Origin: a virus
Lineage: Duplodnaviria; Caudoviricetes
Direction: 5' to 3' (one strand)
Virus record (IMG/VR): IMGVR_UViG_3300017777_003033
Location: 1-40,692 of that record
Length of the DNA stretch: 40,692 nucleotides
The notes under the pieces were generated by a model. It was not told where the DNA came from and made no database searches. It saw only the letters and a list, made by a program, of their open reading frames with translations. Positions within the stretch are counted from its first letter, which is position 1. The number at the start of each line of letters is the position of its first letter. Positions 16,070 to 25,153 of this stretch are shown one piece after another. The position numbers were made by a program, and so were the translations under genes.

Positions 16070-16570
16070 ATGGGAACAAAATTTATAATTACAGAACAAG
16101 AAAAAGAAGAGATTAAAAAACTCTATCTTATAGAACAATCGGAAAATAAAAAAGATGACCGAAAATTCTGTCATGGTGGAAACACTAAATCCCTTGAGGA
16201 AATAGTTGGGGGTGATGAAATGGAAGATTATATTGAGGGAGTTCAAATTAGACCTAACGGTGTTAATGGATTGGTAGATAAAATTGAATTATTAAAGACG
16301 CTTAGAATTCACCCGAAAGTTTCTGACGGAGGTGAACACTTGGCAAGTGAAATTATGAACCACTTGAAAGCGTTCAAACCTTACAATTATTTTGATGAAA
16401 CAAAGAATGAATGTAATTCTGCAATGGATAAAATTATTGAGCTTTACAGAGAAAATGACCACGGAGAAGAGTTGGTTAAAGATATTGAAAAAGTTTATGC
16501 GATGCAACATATGTCACCAAGAGCGAAAGAATTTCTTAAACACGGTCTTGGAATGATTAAAGGTCAATAA
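16070..16570 (+). CDS. hypothetical protein with MGTKFIITEQE leader
   Basis: ATG at 16070 after TATTTATTAGT. Confidence 0.75.
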   Translation: MGTKFIITEQEKEEIKKLYLIEQSENKKDDRKFCHGGNTKSLEEIVGGDEMEDYIEGVQIRPNGVNGLVDKIELLKTLRIHPKVSDGGEHLASEIMNHLKAFKPYNYFDETKNECNSAMDKIIELYRENDHGEELVKDIEKVYAMQHMSPRAKEFLKHGLGMIKGQ

Positions 16571-16633
16571 TTTTGACTTTTACTTTTAAAATATTATAAT
16601 TAATGTCTCACACTTGTGGGACATTTTTTTTTT

Positions 16634-17014
16634 ATGGAGACTAAAAGACCTGATAATTTTGTTGATAATCCCGGACTACTCCCTTATGGTAGTAATATCG
16701 GTGCACCATCTATCAAACCAGTCGATTTAACCCCATTTAAACGAAATGGTTTATCTAAAGTCGAAAAAGTTTTTGACCGGAGGTATAAAGAACTTGTGGA
16801 ACAAGCAGAAACCCTCCAAAAATCGTTTATAATAACTCAAGAAGTCTATGAGTCAAAATATAAATTTGAACCGATTGTTGGGGAAATATACCACTTATAT
16901 GAAGATTCTGATGGCGAGCATCTATTATCTCTGATTGAACCAACCAAATGGGATAAAAAACATTTATATTCAGCGATTCTTAATTCAGACATGACATGGA
17001 CCAAGTTAGATTAA
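16634..17014 (+). CDS. DUF2452-like protein
   Basis: LLPYGSNIGAP.I...YKFEPIVGEIYHLY...LSLIEP..W...LNSDMTW. Confidence 0.7.
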   Translation: METKRPDNFVDNPGLLPYGSNIGAPSIKPVDLTPFKRNGLSKVEKVFDRRYKELVEQAETLQKSFIITQEVYESKYKFEPIVGEIYHLYEDSDGEHLLSLIEPTKWDKKHLYSAILNSDMTWTKLD

Positions 17015-17262
17015 AAAAAATTGTTCAATCATGGTTGGACACATCTTATAGTGGTGTCACAATTAAAGAGTTTCTAATATTACCTACAAATAAGTTAGAC
17101 GAGGAGACAGGGAAATGGGTTTCTGATTCTTTTACTTTATTTATAAATTTGAGTAGAAGTGGTGTTGATGAAGAAAAATGGATAGAAATGTCCAACAAAA
17201 GAAATGTAGAAAGTTTATTAGAATCACTACTTGGTTTTGAATGTTGTGTGGATTTTGTATAA
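16996..17262 (+). CDS. hypothetical protein
   Basis: 88-aa ORF overlapping the previous one. Confidence 0.65.
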   Translation: MDQVRLKKIVQSWLDTSYSGVTIKEFLILPTNKLDEETGKWVSDSFTLFINLSRSGVDEEKWIEMSNKRNVESLLESLLGFECCVDFV

Positions 17263-17415
17263 AAATTCCCTAGAACTAGTACTAGACTAGTATTTTTATT
17301 TATTTTACTATTTTTTTAATATTATATTATTATTCTATAAGAATAATAATTATTTCCATCTCGATCAAAAGACAATTTTTTTTTTCAAATTACAATATAT
17401 TTATTAATAAAAAAA

Positions 17416-17724
17416 ATGCATATGGGTCAAGAATCACTTTGGACGGTTTTAATCACAGCAATCACAGTTTTAGGTTCCGCAAGTGCTTGGAGATATTACG
17501 AAAAAAGGGCAGAAAGAAAAGAAAGAGATGATGATTTTATTCGTCACGATTGTATAGATAGAATTGCAAAATTAGAAGCGTTATTAATTGCAAGTAGTCT
17601 AGAAAAAGATAATATGAGACAAACTATCTTGGATTTAACTGAGAAAGTTGCTCAATTAACGGTAAAAGTTGAATTCTTACAAAAAGAGAACACTGAGTTG
17701 ATGAAATCTTTAACTAAAAGATAA
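17416..17724 (+). CDS. TM plus coiled-coil protein (holin- or hemolysin-like topology)
   Basis: LWTVLITAITVLGSASAW followed by a heptad region; TATTTAT upstream. Confidence 0.65.
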   Translation: MHMGQESLWTVLITAITVLGSASAWRYYEKRAERKERDDDFIRHDCIDRIAKLEALLIASSLEKDNMRQTILDLTEKVAQLTVKVEFLQKENTELMKSLTKR

Positions 17725-17728
17725 AATA

Positions 17729-18013
17729 TTACACATCAAAGGTAATACAAGTTCTTATTTGACTATTTGGAAAGAAAAATACCATTGAATCTTCGATAAG
17801 TATTCTTGCTAAAGACTCATCAAGAATCCCTTCAGTTATCATCTCGCCCAATAATATTTTAGCGTCAATTGACACATAATTTTTGGTTATACCAAAATCA
17901 ACCCTATTAATTTTTATGGATGAACCTTCACCATAAAACTCAAACACCAAATAACCCTTAACACCATTAAGATATTCTTCGATTAATTTAATCAATCTAG
18001 TTTTATTATCCAT
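17729..18013 (-). CDS. hypothetical protein
   Basis: 94-aa ORF with ATG after a T/A-rich leader. Confidence 0.65.
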   Translation of the reverse strand: MDNKTRLIKLIEEYLNGVKGYLVFEFYGEGSSIKINRVDFGITKNYVSIDAKILLGEMITEGILDESLARILIEDSMVFFFPNSQIRTCITFDV

Positions 18014-18052
18014 ACTGATAATAATAATAAAAAAAAAGAAAAAAACTATAGA

Positions 18053-18190
18053 TTAACTACCCTACCCGTTGTAGGGTTTCGAATAATTCTTAGAAGTTTT
18101 AGTTTTAGAATTTTTCTTTTTAGAGTGAACACCCGGTCTTGAAATTTTTCTTTCAATTTTAGTTATTGAAGTTTTTGTTTTTGTTATTAT
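18053..18190 (-). pseudogene. degraded small basic phage protein (...RPGVHSKKKNSKTKTSKNYSKPYNG*GS*)
   Basis: Hand translation; Lys-rich; no ATG (ATA ATA ACA) and TAG two codons before the TAA. Confidence 0.5.
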
Positions 18191-18217
18191 ATTTTTTTAT
18201 CGACGGAAATTTGTTAT

Positions 18218-18306
18218 AAAAAAGAAAGGGAATGGTAGCGAACCTTCCCTTTCCGGTGTTACCATGACGATAACGGCCCCAAAGTCCCATTTTTATGGGT
18301 CGGCTA
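18218..18306 (-). ncRNA. candidate small structured RNA
   Basis: TATTTATA motif at 18320-18313, three hairpins, the last a 9-bp stem plus U-tract; GC-rich relative to its flanks. Confidence 0.5.
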
Positions 18307-18364
18307 TTTTTATATAAATATTAAAATAATTTTTATTATATTTGCATCATTAAAATAAAAATAT

Positions 18365-18469
18365 ATGATAAAGTTAAAACAAATATTTCGTAACCCTTAT
18401 TTTTGGGTGGCAGTCTGGTTTATAGTCATGACCTCAGTTGCAATTATAACTAGTAAAATAACAAACTAG
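18365..18469 (+). CDS. 34-aa single-TM peptide (MIKLKQIFRNPYFWVAVWFIVMTSVAIITSKITN)
   Basis: Hand translation; TATATTTG at 18337-18344. Confidence 0.5.
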   Translation: MIKLKQIFRNPYFWVAVWFIVMTSVAIITSKITN

Positions 18470-18476
18470 TTTAGGT

Positions 18477-18821
18477 GTGAAAAAATTATTAATTATAATA
18501 TCTTTATTTTTCACATTTAATAGTGGATTTTCTCAACATGTGGGTAAATTAAAACTAAATATTTGTGTTTGGAAATTTAAAGATTGTGGGCAAGTTGTAA
18601 TTAATGGTGAAATACATAAAGTTATGGGAATGAATTATATGGATTATGAGTCCATGTATGAAATAACAATGTATACTTATAGTAAACATATTGTAACCGT
18701 TCAAAAAACCCCACAAACATATTATTTCAATGTTTTATACCCTGATGGGAGAATAACTTGTGATGAATATCCAAGAGGTCTTTTAACTAATTGGGTTTTT
18801 AATACTTTTGTGTCACCTTAA
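18477..18821 (+). CDS. secreted hypothetical protein
   Basis: GTG start; signal peptide KKLLIIISLFFTFNSGFSQ. Confidence 0.65.
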   Translation: MKKLLIIISLFFTFNSGFSQHVGKLKLNICVWKFKDCGQVVINGEIHKVMGMNYMDYESMYEITMYTYSKHIVTVQKTPQTYYFNVLYPDGRITCDEYPRGLLTNWVFNTFVSP

Positions 18822-18875
18822 TTTACTATTTACTATTTACTTTTTAAAAGATATTTATAGTAAAACCAAGATACT

Positions 18876-19130
18876 ATGAAAAAATTTTTTAAAGATTTGT
18901 TTAACGACCACAACTCAATCAACGAAAAAGCGGTCATCGGATTCATGTCATTTGTTATGATGTGCTCATTTGCAATTGTAGACATTGTAACAGGAGCAAT
19001 GGGACGACCATTATTAGTTAATGAGTTCATTTTTGATTCATTCAAAATTCTAACCATCGCATGTTTCGGAATCGCGTCAATTGATAAGTTTATCACATTG
19101 AACAAAAAGACCCAAGAACCGGAAGGTTAA
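18876..19130 (+). CDS. two-TM membrane protein (holin-like)
   Basis: Two hydrophobic helices with charged ends; TATTTATA upstream. Confidence 0.6.
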   Translation: MKKFFKDLFNDHNSINEKAVIGFMSFVMMCSFAIVDIVTGAMGRPLLVNEFIFDSFKILTIACFGIASIDKFITLNKKTQEPEG

Positions 19131-19135
19131 GTGAG

Positions 19136-19162
19136 AATCCCCACCTTTGAGTGGGGTTTTTT
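19136..19162 (+). terminator. intrinsic terminator
   Basis: CCCCAC-CTTTGA-GTGGGG-T6. Confidence 0.8.
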
Positions 19163-19204
19163 ATTAATTAGTTATTTTAAGAAAAAATTTTGTATATTTG
19201 CGCT

Positions 19205-19435
19205 ATGTCAAAAGAAGTTAACCCTAAAGACTCAACAAAATGGACTCGTACTTATGAGAGTGAAGAATGTATTTCTATTTGGAAATATGACTCAAAAATA
19301 AATCAATTTAATCCGGTATCTGTCGAACACAAATGGGAAAAAGGATTTGAAATGAGTCCTACAAAGAAAAAAACCTTAGGTGATTTAGTCGGTGATCCAA
19401 AAAAGACTTTAAAATCAAAGAAGTCTAAGTCTTGA
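19205..19435 (+). CDS. hypothetical protein
   Basis: ATG 4 nt after TATATTTG (19193-19200). Confidence 0.7.
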   Translation: MSKEVNPKDSTKWTRTYESEECISIWKYDSKINQFNPVSVEHKWEKGFEMSPTKKKTLGDLVGDPKKTLKSKKSKS

Positions 19436-20035
19436 GTCGATAATATTTTTCAATTCAAGTAAACTTTTCTTATCCATTGAGGAAATAACTTTTGTTGTTT
19501 TCTTGAAATTGTTTTCTTGGATGTTTTCATTAGATTCACGGACTGAATTAATCGACCAATCACTCTCTTCATAATTGTCATACTGGGGTTTACTAGTTTC
19601 CCAACCTTCATAGGTATCCCAATAACCATCAGCATGTTGTCTTAAAATACTTCTTCTAACCCAGTCTTCATCGTAAGAGTCAATTTCTTGTTTAAGAAAT
19701 ACCTCATAAGTACATGTACCCCGAGTGCTGTAAAGCATCTCATAAGTTTTTGCAATAGGTATTACAAGTTTATCTATTAAACTTCTATCTTTAGTTTCAG
19801 ATATTTCCGAAATAAGTTGTTTGTTAATTTCGATAAATTTTATGAAAAATTGAACATCCTCATCATCAACTACATCGATACTAAACATACGCGATATGTC
19901 AATTAATATAGTGTGATTACTATCATAGGTATCTGTAGAATACTCCTCATCAAAATCGTCAGAAATTAATTTTTGGGAGATTAAATATAAAATCTTTTTT
20001 GGTTGGTTGGAAAACTGACTTTGTTCTGCACTCAT
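19415..20035 (-). CDS. acidic hypothetical protein
   Basis: 206-aa ORF. Confidence 0.75.
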   Translation of the reverse strand: MSAEQSQFSNQPKKILYLISQKLISDDFDEEYSTDTYDSNHTILIDISRMFSIDVVDDEDVQFFIKFIEINKQLISEISETKDRSLIDKLVIPIAKTYEMLYSTRGTCTYEVFLKQEIDSYDEDWVRRSILRQHADGYWDTYEGWETSKPQYDNYEESDWSINSVRESNENIQENNFKKTTKVISSMDKKSLLELKNIIDSRLRLL

Positions 20036-20061
20036 ATTATTAAATATCCTCGCACCTCAAT

Positions 20062-20220
20062 TTATTCTGTTTCCCAACCATCTTCATCAAATTCTCCAAA
20101 TAAATCGTTTCCTTTATAGTCAGGATGATTATTTAACATATAATCAATACCTCTAACCCATAATACCGCTAAAGGTACAATAATAATTAGAATAATTAGA
20201 ATAATTGTGATTGTTGTCAT
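20062..20220 (-). CDS. 52-aa single-TM protein (MTTITIILIILIIIVPLAVLWVRGIDYM...HPDYKGNDLF...)
   Basis: Hand translation; fills the gap in a minus-strand operon. Confidence 0.7.
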   Translation of the reverse strand: MTTITIILIILIIIVPLAVLWVRGIDYMLNNHPDYKGNDLFGEFDEDGWETE

Positions 20221-20230
20221 ATTTTTTAAT

Positions 20231-20773
20231 TTAATCCCACCAATTTTTTAACCCTGAACCATCAAATTGTTTATACCAATCCAAATCCTTATCAAATTTT
20301 GTGGTGTCTTGACCTTTTAAAATTGATAATAATTCATTCAATTCTTGTTCTTCAATCTCACTAGACCTTTCGAACACTTTTTTGTTATGTGATCTTTCTT
20401 CAGGAGTATCTTTATCGACCAACTGACTACAATTTGGATTATCCGGAGAAGGTTCAAATTCCCAATCGTGTAATATCAATTCACCTAATTCGGATTCCGC
20501 CATTTCAATATATGAACCCTCAACATAATTTTTAATTAGTTGAGACGCTCTTCTCATCATTTCAACTTTTTTAAATCTTGGACCATCAATCTCAGTTCCA
20601 TATTTCTCAATATTATTTGCCATATGAGTTAAGGATACCTGTAAAAACTCTAAAAATGACTGATTATCCCACCAATGGTGATTAGTGAGAGGTTTCCTAA
20701 ATCTCCATACATTCTTAAAGAAATTCAATGTATCCTTAATCGTGCTTTCTAATTTATAGTATATCCTATCCAT
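20231..20773 (-). CDS. hypothetical phage protein (C-terminal DGSGLKNWWD)
   Basis: Likely start MDRIYY at 20773, overlapping the upstream stop. Confidence 0.75.
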   Translation of the reverse strand: MDRIYYKLESTIKDTLNFFKNVWRFRKPLTNHHWWDNQSFLEFLQVSLTHMANNIEKYGTEIDGPRFKKVEMMRRASQLIKNYVEGSYIEMAESELGELILHDWEFEPSPDNPNCSQLVDKDTPEERSHNKKVFERSSEIEEQELNELLSILKGQDTTKFDKDLDWYKQFDGSGLKNWWD

Positions 20774-21026
20774 AATTTTCTTCTTTTTCTTGTTCTTTAA
20801 TTTTTTTGTAAAACAACTCGTCAATTTTATTATTAATCCTAATTTCAAGATTACGAATTAGAGTCCGACGAAAATAACTATCTAATTTAGAGTCGTTATC
20901 TAACATCTTCTCGAATTGATTAATTAAATTCTGAATTGTCTGTTCTTGTTTAGGTGAATCACACGAATCTATGATTTTTTCAATCCATGTATTTACATCT
21001 CCATAATGTTTGTTTACTGCCTCCAT
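20766..21026 (-). CDS. hypothetical protein
   Basis: TATATTTG on the minus strand at 21053-21046. Confidence 0.7.
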   Translation of the reverse strand: MEAVNKHYGDVNTWIEKIIDSCDSPKQEQTIQNLINQFEKMLDNDSKLDSYFRRTLIRNLEIRINNKIDELFYKKIKEQEKEENYG

Positions 21027-21079
21027 ATTTTTAAGTTTTATGATGCAAATATAAACAAAAAAAAATTAAATGAGTTGAA

Positions 21080-21496
21080 TTAAGTGAAATATTTTTTCAC
21101 TCTTTCTAATAAAGAGGTGTCAAATCTAACTCCATGACGATTTTTAAATTCTCTTAACAATACTTTAATATCGTCAATGTATCCATATTTCTCCAATAAG
21201 ATATAGGATCCTAAGTCAGCATCCAACTCCTCATCGTCACTTCTTGGTCCGTCGTGACCCATAACAATATGAGAAACTTCGTGAGCTTCAATGAATTTCA
21301 ATAGGTTATTACCTCTTGAGTCAAGCAATTGTTCTCCATCAATAACAACTAAATTATCGCCTGGTACCATAAACCCATATCCAAATTCGTCAAAAAAAGG
21401 TTTCATATCTTCGTATTGGAAATTACCCTCAAATAGAACGGCAATTTCTACATTTGGTAAAAATTCACTATTATATATAACCGGCCCTTCTTGCAT
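21080..21496 (-). CDS. zincin-like metallopeptidase
   Basis: FIEAHEVSHIVMGH...EELDAD (HExxH plus E-x-x-A-D); coupled to the endolysin. Confidence 0.7.
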   Translation of the reverse strand: MQEGPVIYNSEFLPNVEIAVLFEGNFQYEDMKPFFDEFGYGFMVPGDNLVVIDGEQLLDSRGNNLLKFIEAHEVSHIVMGHDGPRSDDEELDADLGSYILLEKYGYIDDIKVLLREFKNRHGVRFDTSLLERVKKYFT

Positions 21497-22344
21497 TACG
21501 ATAGTAATTTGTAATATTCGTTGAAATGTTTAATTCTATCAGCCAATCCTATTGCCCCGCCATTAACTCGTTTTGTTACTGCGGTTATAGTTGCGTTATC
21601 AGCTCCTTTGTCACAAATCGCCCAAAGTTTGTTTGAATCGAAGAAGAATGCGGCTGAGGCCAAAGAATATTTGGTTGCAACTAAATCAGGATTAGCAACA
21701 CAATCCTCACCAATAAATTTGGAGAACTGAGTGTAGTTATTTTTTCCAGTTAATTGTATAAACCCGCGGCCACGGAATTTATATCCGTCTCCAGTTGCTT
21801 CAGGACCATTACCCATTCTTCCACCATAAACTCTACTTGCGATTTTTTGTGGGTTACGAGCGTATGATTCCGCTAAATTACCGGGAAAGTATTTTCCAAA
21901 AATACCCTTAAGACCTGCCGCGGAATAGTTAACATTCTCACTAACCGCTTTGAACCCACCTGATTCATGACCACATTGAGCCAAAAAGTGAGCCAATCTC
22001 AAGTTATTTGTAATATTAAATTTTGCTGCGGTATCAGATATTTGTGAGATAACTGAATCAGGTATATGACCTCTTAATTTATCAATTTTTAATCCTCCAA
22101 CTGAAGCAACAGGTTGAGGAATGATTTTATCTTCTTTAACTATTGTAGTTTCTTGAGTCGGTGTCCCAAACATTTTATTCCAAGTTCCCGGTCCAACGAT
22201 ACCATCAGCAGTTAATCCATTTGCTTTTTGCCAAGCTTTAACCGCCGCTTCAGTTTTAGGGCCAAATTTACCTATGGATTCCACACCTAATTTCACTTGG
22301 AGTTTTTTTACGTCAGCTCCTTCTGACCCATTTTTTAGTAACAT
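21496..22344 (-). CDS. endolysin: peptidoglycan-binding domain plus GH19 lysozyme/chitinase domain
   Basis: LKNGSEG.DVKKLQ...WQKANGLTADGIVGPGTW; LAHFLAQCGHESGGF, DGYKFRGRGFIQLTGKNNY, VTKRVNGG..GLADR. Confidence 0.92.
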   Translation of the reverse strand: MLLKNGSEGADVKKLQVKLGVESIGKFGPKTEAAVKAWQKANGLTADGIVGPGTWNKMFGTPTQETTIVKEDKIIPQPVASVGGLKIDKLRGHIPDSVISQISDTAAKFNITNNLRLAHFLAQCGHESGGFKAVSENVNYSAAGLKGIFGKYFPGNLAESYARNPQKIASRVYGGRMGNGPEATGDGYKFRGRGFIQLTGKNNYTQFSKFIGEDCVANPDLVATKYSLASAAFFFDSNKLWAICDKGADNATITAVTKRVNGGAIGLADRIKHFNEYYKLLS

Positions 22345-22420
22345 ATCTCTATTTTTTATATAATAAATACTTTCAAAGTGCATCTTTTGAAGTATTTATG
22401 TATACCAAGATACTATTAAA

Positions 22421-22921
22421 ATGAAAAAAATACTCACTTCGATGTTAGTGGCTCTGCTATTAACATCATTCACAACTCAAGAACCCCCAAAAAAAGTTTT
22501 TATCCAATCAATTGAAAATAAAATTGAGATTGGGTTATTAACAAAAAACCGAAATTTAGTTTTCGGATTTAAGAACATTCTTTTAGAAAATTTACAGGCG
22601 TTAAACTATGATGTTACGGACTCGGCGAGTAATGCCGACTATTACATTAAGGTTGAGTTATTGTATTTTGATGTTATAGAAACAAATTCCGGAATTTCAG
22701 TTTTTCACAAAAGTGATAATGAAACGATATTGAGAGTTAGGGGTCGTTTGTATAACAAAGAAGGTAAAAAACTAAAAGAAACTATTGTAAGTGGGGAATC
22801 TTCGGAGATTTCCATGTCAACATTAATAATATCAGAAAATGGAGGAATTAATCAAACTTCAGTTTCAAATGTTATAAAAAAGTCCTCAGAGACATTAATC
22901 ATTAATTTATTTAAAAAATGA
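22421..22921 (+). CDS. exported CsgG/TolB-N-fold protein, short paralog of 25709
   Basis: Signal peptide; FGFKNILLE.L...IKVELLYFD...SGESSE...INQTSVSNVIKK lines up with the pattern of 25709. Confidence 0.55.
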   Translation: MKKILTSMLVALLLTSFTTQEPPKKVFIQSIENKIEIGLLTKNRNLVFGFKNILLENLQALNYDVTDSASNADYYIKVELLYFDVIETNSGISVFHKSDNETILRVRGRLYNKEGKKLKETIVSGESSEISMSTLIISENGGINQTSVSNVIKKSSETLIINLFKK

Positions 22922-24822
22922 AAAAACTAATTTCGGTGATGTCATTTATACTTTTAAGTGTAATTGGATATTCACAAACACCGGAAATAGGGCATTTTGA
23001 ACAATTAAAAACGGTCAGGAGAGGAGACACAATTGACGTTGCTTGGTATTACAAACCGGCATCGGGGGTTGATATCAGAACTTTCCAAATCGATTTTCAA
23101 TTTAAGAAAACCCTATTTACGCACATTTCAACATCGGTTGATGCAACATACTCAACCAACACTCCAACCTTAGATTACCAAGAATGGAACAACTACAAGT
23201 ATAGTTCATATACACCCGCAACAGGGATATATAATTATACTTCAGACACTAACTGGAAAGTAGGTCGTAATTACCTAATATTTGCTTCAGGAAGTGTTGC
23301 TAATTTCTCGTCAAATGGGTATATTATCCATAACAAATTCATTATCAATAGTGTTGAATCAAATTATGAATCAGATTCAATTATTGTGAATTGGTCGAGA
23401 ATGTTTAAAGTGGACGGAACTTCAATAGGTGATAACATCGCAAGTCTTAACATTCAAAAACAAAGAGTTAAGTTGTTAGGTAATTTAACTATTTCAGGTA
23501 AAGTTTGGTTCCCAACAACAATGACAACAGGACTTCTTCCGACAATCTATTGTTATGAGAAAAATACCGGAAACTTGGTGTCACAAACTAAACCAAACAT
23601 CAATGGAACATATACTTTAAATAATGTTGATGAGAATACTAAATATAAAATTGAAGTTAAATTCCCAAAGGATAGTTTGAATTACATTAGAGACAACGCT
23701 GTTACAATTTCAGATGCGATTAAAGCGTATAATGAATATGTTTACACTGATGTTAATCAAACTTATGGTCATAACTACTTAAAACATGGTTTAGGATTTT
23801 TAATTGGTGATATTAACTTAAACACTAAATTAGATGGTGGTGACCCTTATGGGATTTACGCTTCAGTTTCAGGGTTAAAACCTATTGACACTTCAAAATT
23901 GATAAATGTTTTCAGTAAAGCGGAATACGATTCTCTCGTAATAGGAAGCAACCAATGGACTGATTGGGTTAATTACTCAAATAGAGGAACTTTCATTTAT
24001 GATAGTGTTGGATTAACAAATTTAAGTTTAGATATCAAATATTTTGTTTTAGGTGATGTTGATAGAACACACTCTTCACCGGTATTTAACGGAGCAACTG
24101 AAATATTCGCGGCGATTTACAAAGGACAATTTGATGTGAATATTCCTGATGTTTATTCTGTGGGTGAACCAATGTATGTTCCATTTAACATCTCAACAAA
24201 TGGTGAACTTAGTAATGGATTACAATTTGAGATAAAATATGATGTTAATAAAGTTTCATTCGATGAGATAGTATCGAATTTACAAGGTCCTTGGTTACAA
24301 TATGTAACCAATGACGATGTAAATGGTATTGTTAGATTCGGAGCAATGAATAATCAAAAAAATGGGTCGCTACAAGGGTTAGCGACCCCTTTTAAATTAA
24401 AATTTTTAGCCAAAACATCAACGGATGATATTTCAACCGATGTTGTTATCAGACAATTAATGGATGCTTCTGATAAAGAAGGAGACCATTTGAATATTGT
24501 GTTAGCATCACAAAGAGTTGTGATGATGTATAAAATGACACAAGTAGTGAGTAATATCACAGAGCCAACGATTAGTATTTACCCTAATCCAAATACAGGT
24601 AATTTTACAACAGAATTTGAATTATTGCCTAACACAAACATGAATGCGTCTATTTATGATTATCAAGGCAAACTAATGATTGACTTAGGATATATCAATT
24701 CAGATGGGACCAATACAAAAATCACAAAAAATATAAACCATCCTGAACTATCTCAAGGAAACTATCTATTGGTATTGTCCGATGATAATAAACAAATAAC
24801 TAAACCTTTTATTAAACTTTAA
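22918..24822 (+). CDS. T9SS type-A sorting domain protein with cohesin-like and dockerin-like domains
   Basis: Signal peptide; FQIDFQF and GLQFEIKYD...VRFG...FKLKF cohesin-like strands; GDINLNTKLDGGD and GDVD Ca-loop motifs; ISIYPNP...GNYLLVL...TKPFIK CTD. Confidence 0.8.
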   Translation: MKKLISVMSFILLSVIGYSQTPEIGHFEQLKTVRRGDTIDVAWYYKPASGVDIRTFQIDFQFKKTLFTHISTSVDATYSTNTPTLDYQEWNNYKYSSYTPATGIYNYTSDTNWKVGRNYLIFASGSVANFSSNGYIIHNKFIINSVESNYESDSIIVNWSRMFKVDGTSIGDNIASLNIQKQRVKLLGNLTISGKVWFPTTMTTGLLPTIYCYEKNTGNLVSQTKPNINGTYTLNNVDENTKYKIEVKFPKDSLNYIRDNAVTISDAIKAYNEYVYTDVNQTYGHNYLKHGLGFLIGDINLNTKLDGGDPYGIYASVSGLKPIDTSKLINVFSKAEYDSLVIGSNQWTDWVNYSNRGTFIYDSVGLTNLSLDIKYFVLGDVDRTHSSPVFNGATEIFAAIYKGQFDVNIPDVYSVGEPMYVPFNISTNGELSNGLQFEIKYDVNKVSFDEIVSNLQGPWLQYVTNDDVNGIVRFGAMNNQKNGSLQGLATPFKLKFLAKTSTDDISTDVVIRQLMDASDKEGDHLNIVLASQRVVMMYKMTQVVSNITEPTISIYPNPNTGNFTTEFELLPNTNMNASIYDYQGKLMIDLGYINSDGTNTKITKNINHPELSQGNYLLVLSDDNKQITKPFIKL

Positions 24823-24826
24823 AAAA

Positions 24827-25153
24827 ATGTCAGAAGAACAAAATGTAGAGACAAATGACGGAACTTGGTCAGGTCTTAAAAAAACAATCATTGGCGCTTT
24901 AACCACTCTTGTAACTGCGGGAGGTTTATGGTTAAGCACTCAACTTTTCGGTGGAAAAGAAGAAGCGTCAGAACCACACCCGGTTCAACAAGCAGCACCA
25001 GTTATTAACATTAACAACACCCAACAACAACAAACAGGTGGAAACACAACAACAATAATCAAAGAAAAAATTGTTGAAAAATCAACACCACAAGAAACAA
25101 AAAAAGCTGAACCTAAACAAGACGAATTAAAAACAAAAGAACCACAATGGTAA
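24827..25153 (+). CDS. single-TM protein with a low-complexity Q/T/N tail
   Basis: IIGALTTLVTAGGLWL followed by PVININNTQQQQTGGNTTT. Confidence 0.7.
   Translation: MSEEQNVETNDGTWSGLKKTIIGALTTLVTAGGLWLSTQLFGGKEEASEPHPVQQAAPVININNTQQQQTGGNTTTIIKEKIVEKSTPQETKKAEPKQDELKTKEPQW

Noticed and set aside
18224-18253. preQ1-I riboswitch (GGUUCGCUACCAUUCCC resembles the aptamer loop)
   Set aside because: The required A-rich 3' tail is replaced by a U-tract and there is no queuosine-related gene downstream; it fits a terminator hairpin better
18255-18281. tmRNA 5' end (GGGGCCG on the minus strand) as partner for SmpB
   Set aside because: No GGxxTCGAC D-loop segment, no T-arm/CCA 3' end, and far too short; no tRNA or tmRNA was recognised anywhere in the window
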